From assembly GCF_902652985.1 (NCBI RefSeq), contig NC_047031.1:26288001-26352000 (forward strand): a stretch of DNA of 64,000 bases. Reading direction: 5' to 3'. Source of the stretch: Pecten maximus (taxonomy: Eukaryota). The first letter of the stretch is position 1. Every line of letters begins with the position of its first letter. Under the pieces are notes generated by a model. That model worked only from the letters and a program-made list of their open reading frames with translations. It was not told the DNA's origin and ran no database searches. The position numbers and the translations under genes were made by a program. Shown one piece after another: positions 1 through 10,485 of the stretch.

Positions 1-204
1 ACATGCCCTTAAAAGTACTGTAAATATTATTTTATACATTTGTACAATTTTCTCTTGATTTTTCATACATCTTCTGTATATATGGAAACTAAAGTTAATG
101 CTCATAAAAAAAAGTTATTGTAAAACATTTTCTTCAGTTGACTAGAAATCAAACCAGACTAGCTTCAATAATACTTTTCTGAGTCGTAACAATTCAACAA
201 CCGC

Positions 205-872
205 TCACAGATTTGCCAAGTATTACTAAATCAAACCTAGAGCCAATCACAGATCTGCCAAGTACAGTATTTCTAAACCTACAGCCAATCACAGATCTGT
301 CAAGAATTACTAGACCTACAGCCAATCACAGACCTGTCAAGTATTACTAGACCTACAGCCAATCACAGACCTGTCAAGTATTACTAGACCTACAGCCAAT
401 CACAGATCTGCAAAGTATTACTAAACATAGCTACAGCCAATCACAGATCTGCCAAGTATTACTAGACCTAGGCCTAGAGCCAATCACAGATCTGTCAAGT
501 ATTACTAGACCTACAACCAATCACAGACCTGCCAAGTATTACCAGACCTACAGCCAATCACAGACCTGCCAAGTACAGTATTACTAGACCTACAGCCAAT
601 CACAGATCTGTCAAGTATTACTAGACCTACAGCCAATCACAGATCTGCAAAGTATTACTAAACATAGCTACAGCCAATCACAGACCTGTCAAGTATTACT
701 AGACCTACAGCCAATCACAGATCTGCCAAGTATTACTAGATCTAGGCCTACAGCCATTCACAGATCTGCCAAGTACAGTATTACTATAGACCTACAGCCA
801 ATCACAGACCTGCCAAGTACAGTATTACTAGACCTACAGCCAATCACAGACCTGCCAAGTATTACTAGACCT
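205..872. repeat. Minisatellite, ~37-bp unit (GTATTACTAGACCTACAGCCAATCACAGAYCTGYCAA), ~17 copies
   Basis: Directly visible tandem repeat with small indel variants. Confidence 0.95.
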
Positions 873-1479
873 AATGATCCCACAGGGAACTCCCATATCC
901 CAGGGCATCCAGTAGACCCTTGAGAGTATGTTTTTGACTCCCAAAATTGAGATCTGACTCTTGGGTTTGAAGGGACATGTCTATTTGACACATGTTTTGA
1001 CCGTTCAGATTTCTGAGAAAAGGTGATTTGACTTCTGAAATTGCTCAAAGTGAAGGGTCAACTGGATGCCCTGTATCCGTTACACATTACTTAAACCACC
1101 AACATACATGTACTCGTCACAAGTAAGGTTGGTAAACCCACAGCCAATCACAAGTCTATTTTCATTGTAAATATTCAAAATAGATTTACATATCATACAA
1201 AGTTTGAATATTATTTTGGATATTTGAGCTCCAGAATATTGATTATGAAATTCAAATTATAATCGAATGTAATGAGATATATCATGGGAAACAAGCATAT
1301 TCCTCCATTTCAGCATGCACAGTCACAATATATTGGCTAATATCAGGTTGAAATAACAAAATTGTGTTGTAGTTGGCAACTGGTTGAATATATATGGAAA
1401 GTCTTTTATGATGGAACAGTTATGCCATTTGCATATATATATATATATCTCAATAAATCATCTTCAATATTTCCAGCCT

Positions 1480-2516
1480 TTATTTGGTGTGTGCTTTTTT
1501 TGCATGTCTTTTTGCATCAGCTTTGTTTACGAAACGTTGGCCACAATGATCACACTCGTGCGGGCGGGCCTTATCTTTTTTGTGGGTTTTCATGTGTCGG
1601 CTGAGATGGTATGAGTGAAGAAATGCTCTACTACACAGTACACATTTAAACTGAGCATCTCCGGTGTGGATCAAGGAATGTCTTCTCACTCCTCTCCTGT
1701 CGGAAAACCCTTTACCACAGACATCACACTGAAACGGATTATCCTGGGAATGTTTTATTATATGTTTCTGTAAAGTCACCAAACGATTAAAACTTTTACC
1801 ACAGGTGTCACAGTTGAACTGTTTTTCCATGTGTGTGACGGAATGTTTCTGGAGAGTCTCGATCCTACTGAACTTTTTTCCACAGACGTCACACTTGAAC
1901 GGTTTCTCACCAGTGTGAATGACCTGGTGTCTCCGTAGGCCGCTCTGATCTGTGAACGACCAATCACAGAGACTACATTTATACGGTCTTTCTCCAGAAT
2001 GAATGGTTGAGTGGGTTTGTAGATGACTTTGTCGCTTGAACGATTTTCCACAGTCTGGACACTGATATGGTTTGTCACTGGAGTGGACCTGGAGGTGCTG
2101 CCTCACTGCCACTGCCGTTTTGAATATTTTATCACAGAAATCACACGCGTGTATTTTTTTGCCACATTTACTACGTTTACTCTTCCTGTGTGAGGCGTTC
2201 TTTGTTTTTCTTTTGATTTCTGTTTTGTGAAGACAGTTTGAATTCTTTCTCCTTTGTATATCTTTATCTTTCTTTCTCCTTTGCAAATCTTTATCTTCAT
2301 GTGTTTTTATATGTAATATTAAATCTTCCTTTTGGCTGAAGGCCTTACTACAAACACCACATGTTAATGAGTTAACATTCCTACAGTGCGGTTTGTTATT
2401 GTACAATTGCTGGTGTCTCTGTAAAGTTCTATCTTTAGAAAACCACTTCCCACATATATTACACATGTGATGTTTCTGTACCGGGATGACAGGGGAGCTG
2501 TTCAAACCAAGTTTTG
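1480..2516 (-). CDS. C2H2 zinc-finger gene A, terminal exon (9 intact fingers plus 1 degenerate)
   Basis: CxxC-x12-HxxxH arrays with TGEKPF/SGERPY linkers; acceptor TTAATTGCAG before 2516 (phase 1); stop at 1480. Confidence 0.92.
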
Positions 2517-2956
2517 CTGCAATTAAAAAATGAAATTGAACTTCATTTAAAAAATTTTGTTTGTACCCAAAATGCTAACACACTCTTCTAGTTGTGAGTA
2601 GTTCCATCTAAAAAAAATCTGACAAATATTGATAACAATAATATTCTGAAGTATATTGTACTGTGTAATATCACCTTACAGCCAAATCTCACAAATAGGC
2701 ACATCTTATTTTATTCTAATTGATGAGAAAATAACAAAGATTATGAACTCGAGAACATGGAACAAGTTTAAACATGATGCACAATAATAGGTTTGTTGGG
2801 TGCCTTAACGACCAAATAAAAGACATTAGAACTAATTTTGTAACAAAGGTCAGGAAAATCCTATTTATTTCAGTTGTGAGGAACTGTACATGGGACCTCT
2901 GGCATACACGTATCATTCTTATGCTCATGATCAAGCGGTGGAGAGTTAAATAGAAG

Positions 2957-3173
2957 CTCTCTAGCCGAGCAGCTAGTATTTACCTTGGTTATAATGGATC
3001 CCTGGTAAATATACTTGTTAAAATATACCACTTAGCTACATTGAGAGATAATCTTTTTAGCTCAATTGGTAGAGCATCAGACTAATAAGTCATAGGTCCG
3101 GGGTTCGATACCTAGCAGTTCGATACCTAGCAGAGGCAGTGATTTAAATTTTATAAGTCATGCACTCGTTACA
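2957..3173 (+). mobile_element. Degenerate tRNA-containing LTR copy (~3000-3173, plus) preceded by an inverted partial copy (2957-2993)
   Basis: CCCTGGTAAAT...TAGCTCAATTGGTAGAGC...GGTTCGATACC...GAGGCAGTGATTTAAA...GTTACA matches the 42.7-43.85 kb LTRs. Confidence 0.8.
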
Positions 3174-3206
3174 ATTTTATATGTTATGATATATAGAAGA
3201 ACCTAC

Positions 3207-4330
3207 CGTTATCTGGAAGTATGAGGGTCACACATCTAGTAACAGGCCGCTTGGCTATTGAAGTTTCTCCAGGTTTAAAACCTTCTGGTTCAATTTTTAC
3301 GGAAGTCCCTGCTTCAGCACATTCCTCAAGGCATTTCTTCCTCTGGATCTATATAAGCTCCGGAATCCTGTGTATGTGTGCTGTCACTGCTGTCAATTAG
3401 ATCTGTTTCATTTTTTAAAGAATTCACAAATTCACTGGATTCATCGTAGGTTTCCTGAATTTCCTCCCTTGGTCCTGCATGAGATTCAGAATGCTGTTCA
3501 AGTAAGCTGTCGTTCATATCTGTTTCAATTTTGATAGAAGGCTCGGCTACTAGACATACACCGAGAGTTTCCTCCCTTGGTCCTATATCTACATATGTAC
3601 TTTCATCTGGCTGATTTCTAATAGAAGGATAAATATCTGCTACAATAGAATCGTTGAGAATTACCTCCCCTGGATCAAGATTTACTATAGAAATCTTTCT
3701 ATGTGTGTTTTCATATGGTTCATTTTTAACAGGTTTGGCTACAATAGATTCATGGGTAGTTCCCTCCCCTTGTTCTATACCAGCTACGTAATAACTCTGC
3801 ATGTTGTCTGCTGGCTCAATCTTTACTGAAACTCCAGCTACACAAGAATCATTTCCTAGGCCTGTGTAGGGCACCAACGACACTGGTTGTATAATGTAAG
3901 CCACAGACGATTCAGGCTGTATACTGTAACCTGGTTCAGTCCCTACAGACAATTTCGGTTGTATATGATAACATTGTCCACTCCCAACATCAGACTCAGA
4001 TAGCATACTGAAGTCTAGTTCAGTTTTTAAAGAAGCCTTGGGTACAGAAAAGTGACATAATTCTCTCGTCTCTGCTGTATCATCTATTGATGTTTCTCGT
4101 GGTGTAGAATCATCTGATTCAATCTTTGAATCTTGTTGTATTCTATCTTGTTCGATCTTCAGAGATAACTCAGAAAGGTCAGTTATGTTGTCTTTGATAA
4201 GTTCTCCATCTTTAGGTTCTAATTCACAGACACGACAAGCATCCCTACCATCACACATTTCTGTCTTAATAAAAAGCTCTGAATCAAAAAGGAGTTCCTT
4301 CTCATTGTAAATCCCTGTTAGATCAGCCAT
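3207..4330 (-). CDS. C2H2 zinc-finger gene A, first coding exon (acidic, many psi-K-x-E motifs); apparent frameshift near 3330
   Basis: Acceptor TTTCAG ends at 4346, ATG at 4330. The ORF stops at 3326, but the shifted frame continues EECAEAGTSVKIEP...RCVTLILPDN to donor G|GTAGGT at 3207, which is phase-compatible with the finger exon. The paralog has the same exon-end motif. Confidence 0.8.
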
Positions 4331-4559
4331 CTTGTGTTTCTCTTTCTGAAATTACAAACGTACATTCAATCGCCAACTAGTTAAATTATCGGCTTAAATC
4401 ATACAGTGCAATTCATGTATTTGCATGATGTTAACTTATATCATATAACAGACTTATACATTAGAAATGTTAATCTGTATGCAAATGCTATTATGTACTA
4501 CCCATGCAATGTTTATATGGATATCATTTAGTTTTTGGGATATCCGGGCTAGGTGTAAC

Positions 4560-4656
4560 CACAGGTGCCCCGACTCGTTTTATAAAATAATAACATATAG
4601 AGTACATATATGTACTCAATATGTTATTATTTTATAAAACGAGTCGGGCACCTGTG
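4560..4656. mobile_element. ~97-bp foldback micro-MITE with 7-bp TSD GTGTAAC
   Basis: Near-perfect palindrome CACAGGTGCCC...GGGCACCTGTG; GTGTAAC at 4553-4559 and 4657-4663 (the boundary could also be read as a 5-bp TSD). Confidence 0.8.
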
Positions 4657-4657
4657 G

Positions 4658-4815
4658 TGTAACAGGAAGGAGTAATGAAAAATACCCTGTCCGTGAAGGG
4701 CTTCAAACTAGCGACCTTTCACTCTCCAGACAAGCGTCATACTACTAGGCTAAAGGGAAACCCCAAAAGGCCTTGTGCGGGATATCAAGGTGATATTTCC
4801 AGAGTGACTTTGACA
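4658..4815 (-). mobile_element. Putative second family of tRNA-containing ~158-bp LTR-like element
   Basis: Minus strand starts TGTCAAAG and ends CTGTTACA; internal CCTTTAGCCTAGTAG (A-box-like) and GGTCGCTAGTTTGAAGCCC (B-box-like); same length and layout as the 42.7 kb LTR. Confidence 0.5.
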
Positions 4816-5240
4816 TTCTACAGATCTGTCATCTAGAGATCATGAGATGTCTCGGGCTGCAAACATGTCAAACTACTGGAGTTTAAACTAGAGGAAACCC
4901 GAACTGTTTGAACTGATGGACGGTGTTATAAGATTGACACATGGTGTCAAAGAACAAACCTTTACAGAAATTAGAAAAATGTCATAATTAGGCACTCTCA
5001 AAATCCTCAGGGTTCATACCGGAACAAGTTGTTTGCTTATAATTTACGGATCCGAACCGTTTACGTATCCGGACATAACGTTTTGCCTGTAAAATAAAAT
5101 TGCAGTAATCGTTTACAAAATAATCTCTCTTATATCTTATATCTTAAATATAATTAAAACGTCCGTCTCCTATGTACACAGGACGATATATTCTGTATTG
5201 TAGTTTTATATTACAAATACTGTACTGTACAGTAGGATAT

Positions 5241-5508
5241 TATGGCGCGGGAAGGATGTCATAATTAAATATTTTTGCCTAGGCAAAATTATTTTTGCCT
5301 AGGCAGAAATCGAATTTTGCCTAGGCAAAAATAGAATATTGCCTAGCCAAAAATAGTATTGCATAGGCAAAAATATTTCTGCCTAAGCAAAAATAATTTT
5401 GCCTAAGCATAAATCGAATATTGCCTAGGCTGAAATATTTTTGCCTAAGCAATATTCTATTTTTGCCTAGGCAAAAATATTTAATTATGACATCCTTCCC
5501 GCGCCATA
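5241..5508. mobile_element. MITE with long TIRs TATGGCGCGGGAAGGATGTCATAATTAAATA, 6-bp TSD GGATAT and internal TTTTGCCTAGGCAAAA repeats (IS3EU-like termini)
   Basis: TIRs and GGATAT at 5235-5240 and 5509-5514 seen directly; superfamily assignment is from recalled TAY..RTA termini with a 6-bp TSD. Confidence 0.85.
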
Positions 5509-5639
5509 GGATATGTTGTAAAACATGGTCTCCCCTCTTGTGTTCCTATCCAAGTTTCGTATCGTTTTCTTTCTACATCTTCTATATTTTAGTACGTTGT
5601 AGTACCCGTTTACGGTTTTAATACAACGTCAGAGAGATA

Positions 5640-5812
5640 TGGAAGGGACTATTGGTGTGTCAATGCGTTCCTGAAAGCCTCTAATGATGGGGCACACACT
5701 ATTTCATAATCTAGGTGGTTCCAGTCTACCAATGTGCGTACAAAGAATGAGTTCTTGTATTGCTCACAGTTGTGTGTTGGTATTGTAAGTGATTTGGAAT
5801 TATTTGTGATGC
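5640..5812 (-). mobile_element. 3' end of a CR1/L2-group LINE (continues at 7053-7600)
   Basis: Minus frame reads ITNNSKSLTIPTHNCEQYKNSFFVRTLVDWNHL..., resembling the SFFPRTIRDWN C-terminal motif of CR1-group ORF2. Confidence 0.75.
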
Positions 5813-7052
5813 TTTTTTTTCGGAATACCCGGATATGACGCGACAGGTGGCGTTACTGGTCAAGATGAAGAATGTGACAATCGCAACATCTCGGTGAAAT
5901 TTCCGGCAACACTCAGAAATCTAGATTTTCCGAGTGTTGCCGGAAATTTCCCCGAGATGTTGCGATTGAAGTATGTGATTGGTCAATGTAGCGGTAAATG
6001 CAAAATGCATATTTAGAATTAACAAGAAATACCTTTAAACAAGAAATATCTTAAAAAAGATAAACGGCATTGTTTTAATGCTGGTGGTTATAATGTAAAA
6101 CTACTGGTGAAATAAATTAACGAACTACGATGTAATTAATAAATGCGCAGTTTCAGCTCGGATAACAAGTCTGTTGTGCGCATGCGTTTATCGTATATGT
6201 CACAAAATTTGCATATTCAGAGTGATAACATTTTAATAATTGATAATTGATGTTTTTATGTACATACATCATCAAATTCGAATGGTCATAGTTCAGAAGG
6301 TTATTTTTTTTTAAAGATATACCCAATAATATGATAAAAAATACAAAATAAATATTTGTTTACCGTGAGGTTCCTTAACTTTGTTTCGTTTTTAACTGTA
6401 TATCTGCATTTTGCATTGACCGCTACATTGACCAATCACATATTTCATCTTGACCAGTAACGCCACCTGTCGCGTCATATCCAAGGCCAAAACAAAATTA
6501 GACGGCTATGCCGAAAAAATGCAAAATAAATATTGGTTTACCGTGAGGTCCCTTTAACTTTGTTTCGTTTTTAACTGTATATCTGCATTTTGCATTGACC
6601 GCTACATTGACCATCTTGACCAGAACGCCACCTGTCGCGTCATATCCGGGGCCAAAACAAAATTAGACGGCTATGCCGAAAAAGATAAACGGCATAGTTT
6701 TAATGCTGGTGGTTCTAATGTAAAACTGCTGGTGAAAGAAATTAACGAACTAATTAATAAATGCGCAGTTTCAGCACGGATAACAAAATGATATCAGTTT
6801 GAATGATTGAATGCAAGCTGAATTCTTAAGTGGATGTATCTATTCAAATGACACATTGATAAAATTATATTCCTGATTCAAATGCAGTCTTATTATCTCC
6901 AAAAATGATTCAAACTGATATAATTGTATTATCCGTGCTGAAACACATTAGTTCATCGATTTATTTCACCAGCAGTTTTACATTATAGCCACCAGCATTA
7001 AAACTGTGCCGTTTATCTTAAGTTTAAAGACATTTCTTGTTTAAAGATATTT
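5813..7052. mobile_element. Composite of rearranged, inverted copies of a non-autonomous Helentron/HINE-like repeat inserted in the CR1 fragment
   Basis: Blocks AACAAGAAATATCTTTAAAAAAGATAAACGGCATAG... and ...GCCACCTGTCGCGTCATATCCGGGGCC...CGGCTATGCCGAAAA recur in both orientations; same family as 8825 and 34552. Confidence 0.7.
5878..5968. mobile_element. 91-bp foldback micro-element with 10-bp TSD (AAGAATGTGA / AAGTATGTGA)
   Basis: Palindrome CAATCGCAACATCTCGG...CCGAGATGTTGCGATTG; uninterrupted copies of the host repeat carry this 10-mer only once. Confidence 0.85.
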
Positions 7053-7600
7053 CGTGTTTTCTATTATATTCGATGTGATGTAGTTTTCGAAATACTTAGC
7101 TTTGATGCTTCTCTTTAGCCGTTGCCTTGTTAAGTATTCGTCTGGGGGTATGGGTGGCAACATTCCCTCATTTATTTTGTACATGAATGTCACTCTTTGT
7201 TCCACACGCCTTGTCTGAAGAGCTGGGAGTTCCAAGTCCTCTACCATCCTTGTGACACATCCCTCCTCCCTGATCCTATAGTTGTTTGTTATAAATCTGG
7301 CCGCCAGCCGCTGAACTCTTTCCAGTTTGTCAATTTCTTTTTTGGTGTATGGGTCCCAAATTATGGCGCCGTACATTATGTACTAGAGGATGGAACATAC
7401 CAGGGATATATACCGGTCCTATGCTGTTTTGCACAAGAATGGGCAATGTTTAAGAAGCCAAGAGTTGAACTAGCTTTCTTTTAGTAATGTTCAAAATGTG
7501 AGTGTTCCATTTCAGTTCGTCCGAGATAGTAAGTCCGAGGGAGGGGTTTGTTTTCACTTGTTCTAATATGTGTCCGTTTAAAGTATATAATTTACTCAGT
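7053..7600 (-). mobile_element. CR1/L2-group LINE ORF2 C-terminal fragment (5'-truncated, degenerate)
   Basis: YGAIIWDPYTKKEIDKLERVQRLAARFITN...LELPALQTRR is typical of the CR1-group post-RT region. Confidence 0.85.
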
Positions 7601-8350
7601 TTTTACTCAACAAAGTAAATAAATAACATAAAATGTAACGATAATGTGATGATAAGTGGGACATATTTGATGTTAGGTCGGACATAATGATTTTGAGTCG
7701 GACACAGCTTCTATAGTCGGACATATCAATTATCATCAGCTTGTTCATAACGTCTTTGGGCCCACTTCGTTATTATGTGATTTTGATCTACTATTAGATG
7801 TAACCAAGTCTATAAAGTTACAATACTGCTACTAACTTGTATATGTCTACTGCCGACATTGTGTAAACAGTTTTCATTAAGTCACATCGTCATATGACAT
7901 CACATGCCCGCTATATATAGAGACTACATGAAGCTGGCGAGGGTAAAGAAAGACAAAGTGGCGAGCCTTGGCTGTATTTATTCCGTAAAATGCGCGAAAC
8001 TTTAAAACTGTTCTTATACATAAAATATTGTCATTTAATATGAATAAAAAACAGCCAAAAACGCATTATAGCTTTTTTCTTTTGTTGTCATGGAGGGGTT
8101 TAGATGTCTGTCAAAAGCAGAACGTGCAGTATATCGATAATGTGTTGTGAGTTTTTGGCCTTACAATGGCACATGAAGGGATTCCAGAGCGTTCTCCATT
8201 CGATGTCCGATGGTGCGAGGATTCGGTGTCCGACACAAGAGAACGTATACCGTACGTAAGTTCCTTTCATTGACTGCTGGCATTTTCATTGATGTTATAA
8301 GACTCAACCAAATACTATTGTATTCGCGGGGTCAATATTTCATATTTTAT

Positions 8351-8713
8351 AATAATTTAATTTTGCTTGTAACAAGCATTTTCATTGGCTCAAAAAATTA
8401 TGTTATCATCTCATAACCGTTAAAAAAAACTGTGACGTCAGCGGAGTAATCGTTGTTCACGGGATTTTGTATTTATCGATGCGTTTTTAAATATCTGGAG
8501 CAAAATAAACATGTTAAACTTAATGAAAATGTTTCTTATCGTTGTTAATTAAATTATAAGGGTTAACTGTAATATTTTTTTTACGTTATTGAGCAATAAC
8601 ACAAAAAACTGGGGTGTACTCTTTTCATAAACCGCTTCGCGTTTTATTCAGAGTACACCCCAGTTTTTTGTGTTATTGCTCAATAACGTAAAAAAAATAT
8701 TACAGTTAACCCT
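8351..8713 (+). mobile_element. Non-autonomous foldback DNA element, family H1 (terminal ~155-bp hairpin)
   Basis: Arms AGGGTTAACTGTAATATT...GGGGTGTACTC / GAGTACACCCC...AATATTACAGTTAACCCT; further copies at 33479 and 36275, degenerate copy at ~61750. Confidence 0.85.
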
Positions 8714-8824
8714 AATATCAACAAAAAAGAAATCCCTGAGCAGGTCATGGTACGTATTATTTATCTATTATCGGAGTATATTTCACATCCCTTCTTGCAT
8801 TTTTAAAGTAGGTCTCATGTATAA

Positions 8825-9208
8825 AACAAGAAATATCTTTAAAAAAGATAAACGGCATAGTTTTAATGCTGGTAGTTATAATGTAAAACTGCTGGTGAAA
8901 TAAATTAACGAACTAATTAATAAATGCATTTCAGCACGGATGAAAAAGTTATATCAGTTTGAATCATTTTTGGTGATAATAAGACTGCATTTGAATCAGG
9001 AATATGATTTTATTAATGTGTTATTTGAATAGATACGTCCACTTATTCAGCTTGCATTTAATCTTAATGTTGTTTCGTTTTTAACTGCATATCTGCATTT
9101 TGCATTTACCGCTACATTGACCAATCACATACTTCATCTTGACCAGTAACGCCACCTTTCGCGTCATATCCGGGGCCACAAGAATAACAAACGGCTATGC
9201 CGAAAAAG
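8825..9208 (+). mobile_element. Helentron/HINE-like non-autonomous repeat
   Basis: Starts AACAAGA, has subterminal IR CGGCATAG/CTATGCCG, ends in an A-run; multicopy in this window. Confidence 0.7.
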
Positions 9209-9551
9209 TCAAAATATCTTCCTATTTCCTGCCATTCAATATTCAATCACGACTTTGCTTTACCCCTTTATGTCAGCACAGCAGCTATGAGTGGCCTTAG
9301 GGGCGTGTCTGTAAGATGTGGCGCACTAGCCACGTGCACGAATACATGTATGTAGCGAGCATATACGGGGCTTAACGTTGGGCGTATACTAACAGACCGT
9401 TACACCCGAACTTCGTGTCACCACGTTAGTCGGTATGCTATAATATATATATCTGTGATTTGATTGATATTGTTATAACGCGGACAATTAATAGTTATAC
9501 GCAACTACATATTATGTCGGTTCTTTCAAAATAAACAGATAGAAGGAAGCA

Positions 9552-9641
9552 CATCTTCGCTAGCCAAGGCTTCTGATTACGTTACACTCCACGAACGTTC
9601 GTGGAGTGTAACGTAATCAGAAGCCTTGGCTAGCAAAGATG
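9552..9641. mobile_element. 90-bp foldback micro-MITE with 9-bp TSD AAGGAAGCA
   Basis: Palindrome with one mismatch; AAGGAAGCA at 9543-9551 and 9642-9650. Confidence 0.9.
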
Positions 9642-9704
9642 AAGGAAGCAATGAGCTATTGTTTCTTTCCCTCTGCCTCTTCTGATAAATAATGTATTGT
9701 ATTC

Positions 9705-10085
9705 GGTTTGGTTTGATTTGGTTTATTTTGTTTAACGTCCTATTAACATCTAAGGTCATTTAAGGACGGCCTCCCATGCGTGCGACATGTATGCGTGTGG
9801 TGAGTGCGTATGTGTGTTTTGGGAGGCTGCAGTATGTTCGTGTTAAGTCTCCTTGTGATAGGCCGGAACTTTTGCCGATTTAAAGTGCGATCTCACTGAA
9901 GCATACTGCCGAAGACACCCAGCAGCACACCCCACCCGGTCACATTATACTGACAACGGGCGAACCAGTCGTTCCACTCCAAAAATGCCGAGCGCTAAGC
10001 AGGAGTAGCAACTACCATTTTTAAAGACTCTGGTATGTCCCGGCTAGGGGACAGAACCCAAAACCTTCCTCACAGCGGCGAACGC
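9705..10085 (-). mobile_element. tRNA-derived SINE with Meta-type core
   Basis: Minus strand contains GGTAGTTGCTACTCCTGCTTAGCGCTCGGC...GACTGGTTCGCCCGTTGTCAGTATAATGTGACCGGGTGGG (MetaSINE-like core) and a CAAAC-type A-rich tail. Confidence 0.7.
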
Positions 10086-10109
10086 CCAACTAAAGGCCAA
10101 AAGTGAGGC

Positions 10110-10245
10110 ATTGTCAAGGGAGACATTAGGAAGAAGAAAGTTGAAAGGAAAAAAGAGAAAAGATAAGATCCCAAGTTTAGTCGCCTCTTACGATCATGCA
10201 ATGGGGGCAGCAGGTACAATTCTTACGCCCTACCTGCAGGGCAAG
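10110..10245 (-). mobile_element. Probable RTE-type LINE/SINE 3' tail fragment
   Basis: TTTAGTCGCCTCTTACGA resembles RTE 3' ends; recalled similarity only. Confidence 0.4.
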
Positions 10246-10485
10246 TGTTGTATTCGAGGAACATGCATCTTGTTAACAAATATTGATGTCTCCCCAAAGC
10301 GAGGAGTGTAATGCATTTTTGTAAGATATTACACGAGTGACTGCACAGATAACATGATCAAATAATACTAGAGTATGATACACATAGATTAAAACAGCGA
10401 TAAACACCTTACACTACGATCTATGTACAATACAAAGTTCAAGGGGCAATAACTGGGAATTTCTGGTTTCATTTTGTCTTTTAAA

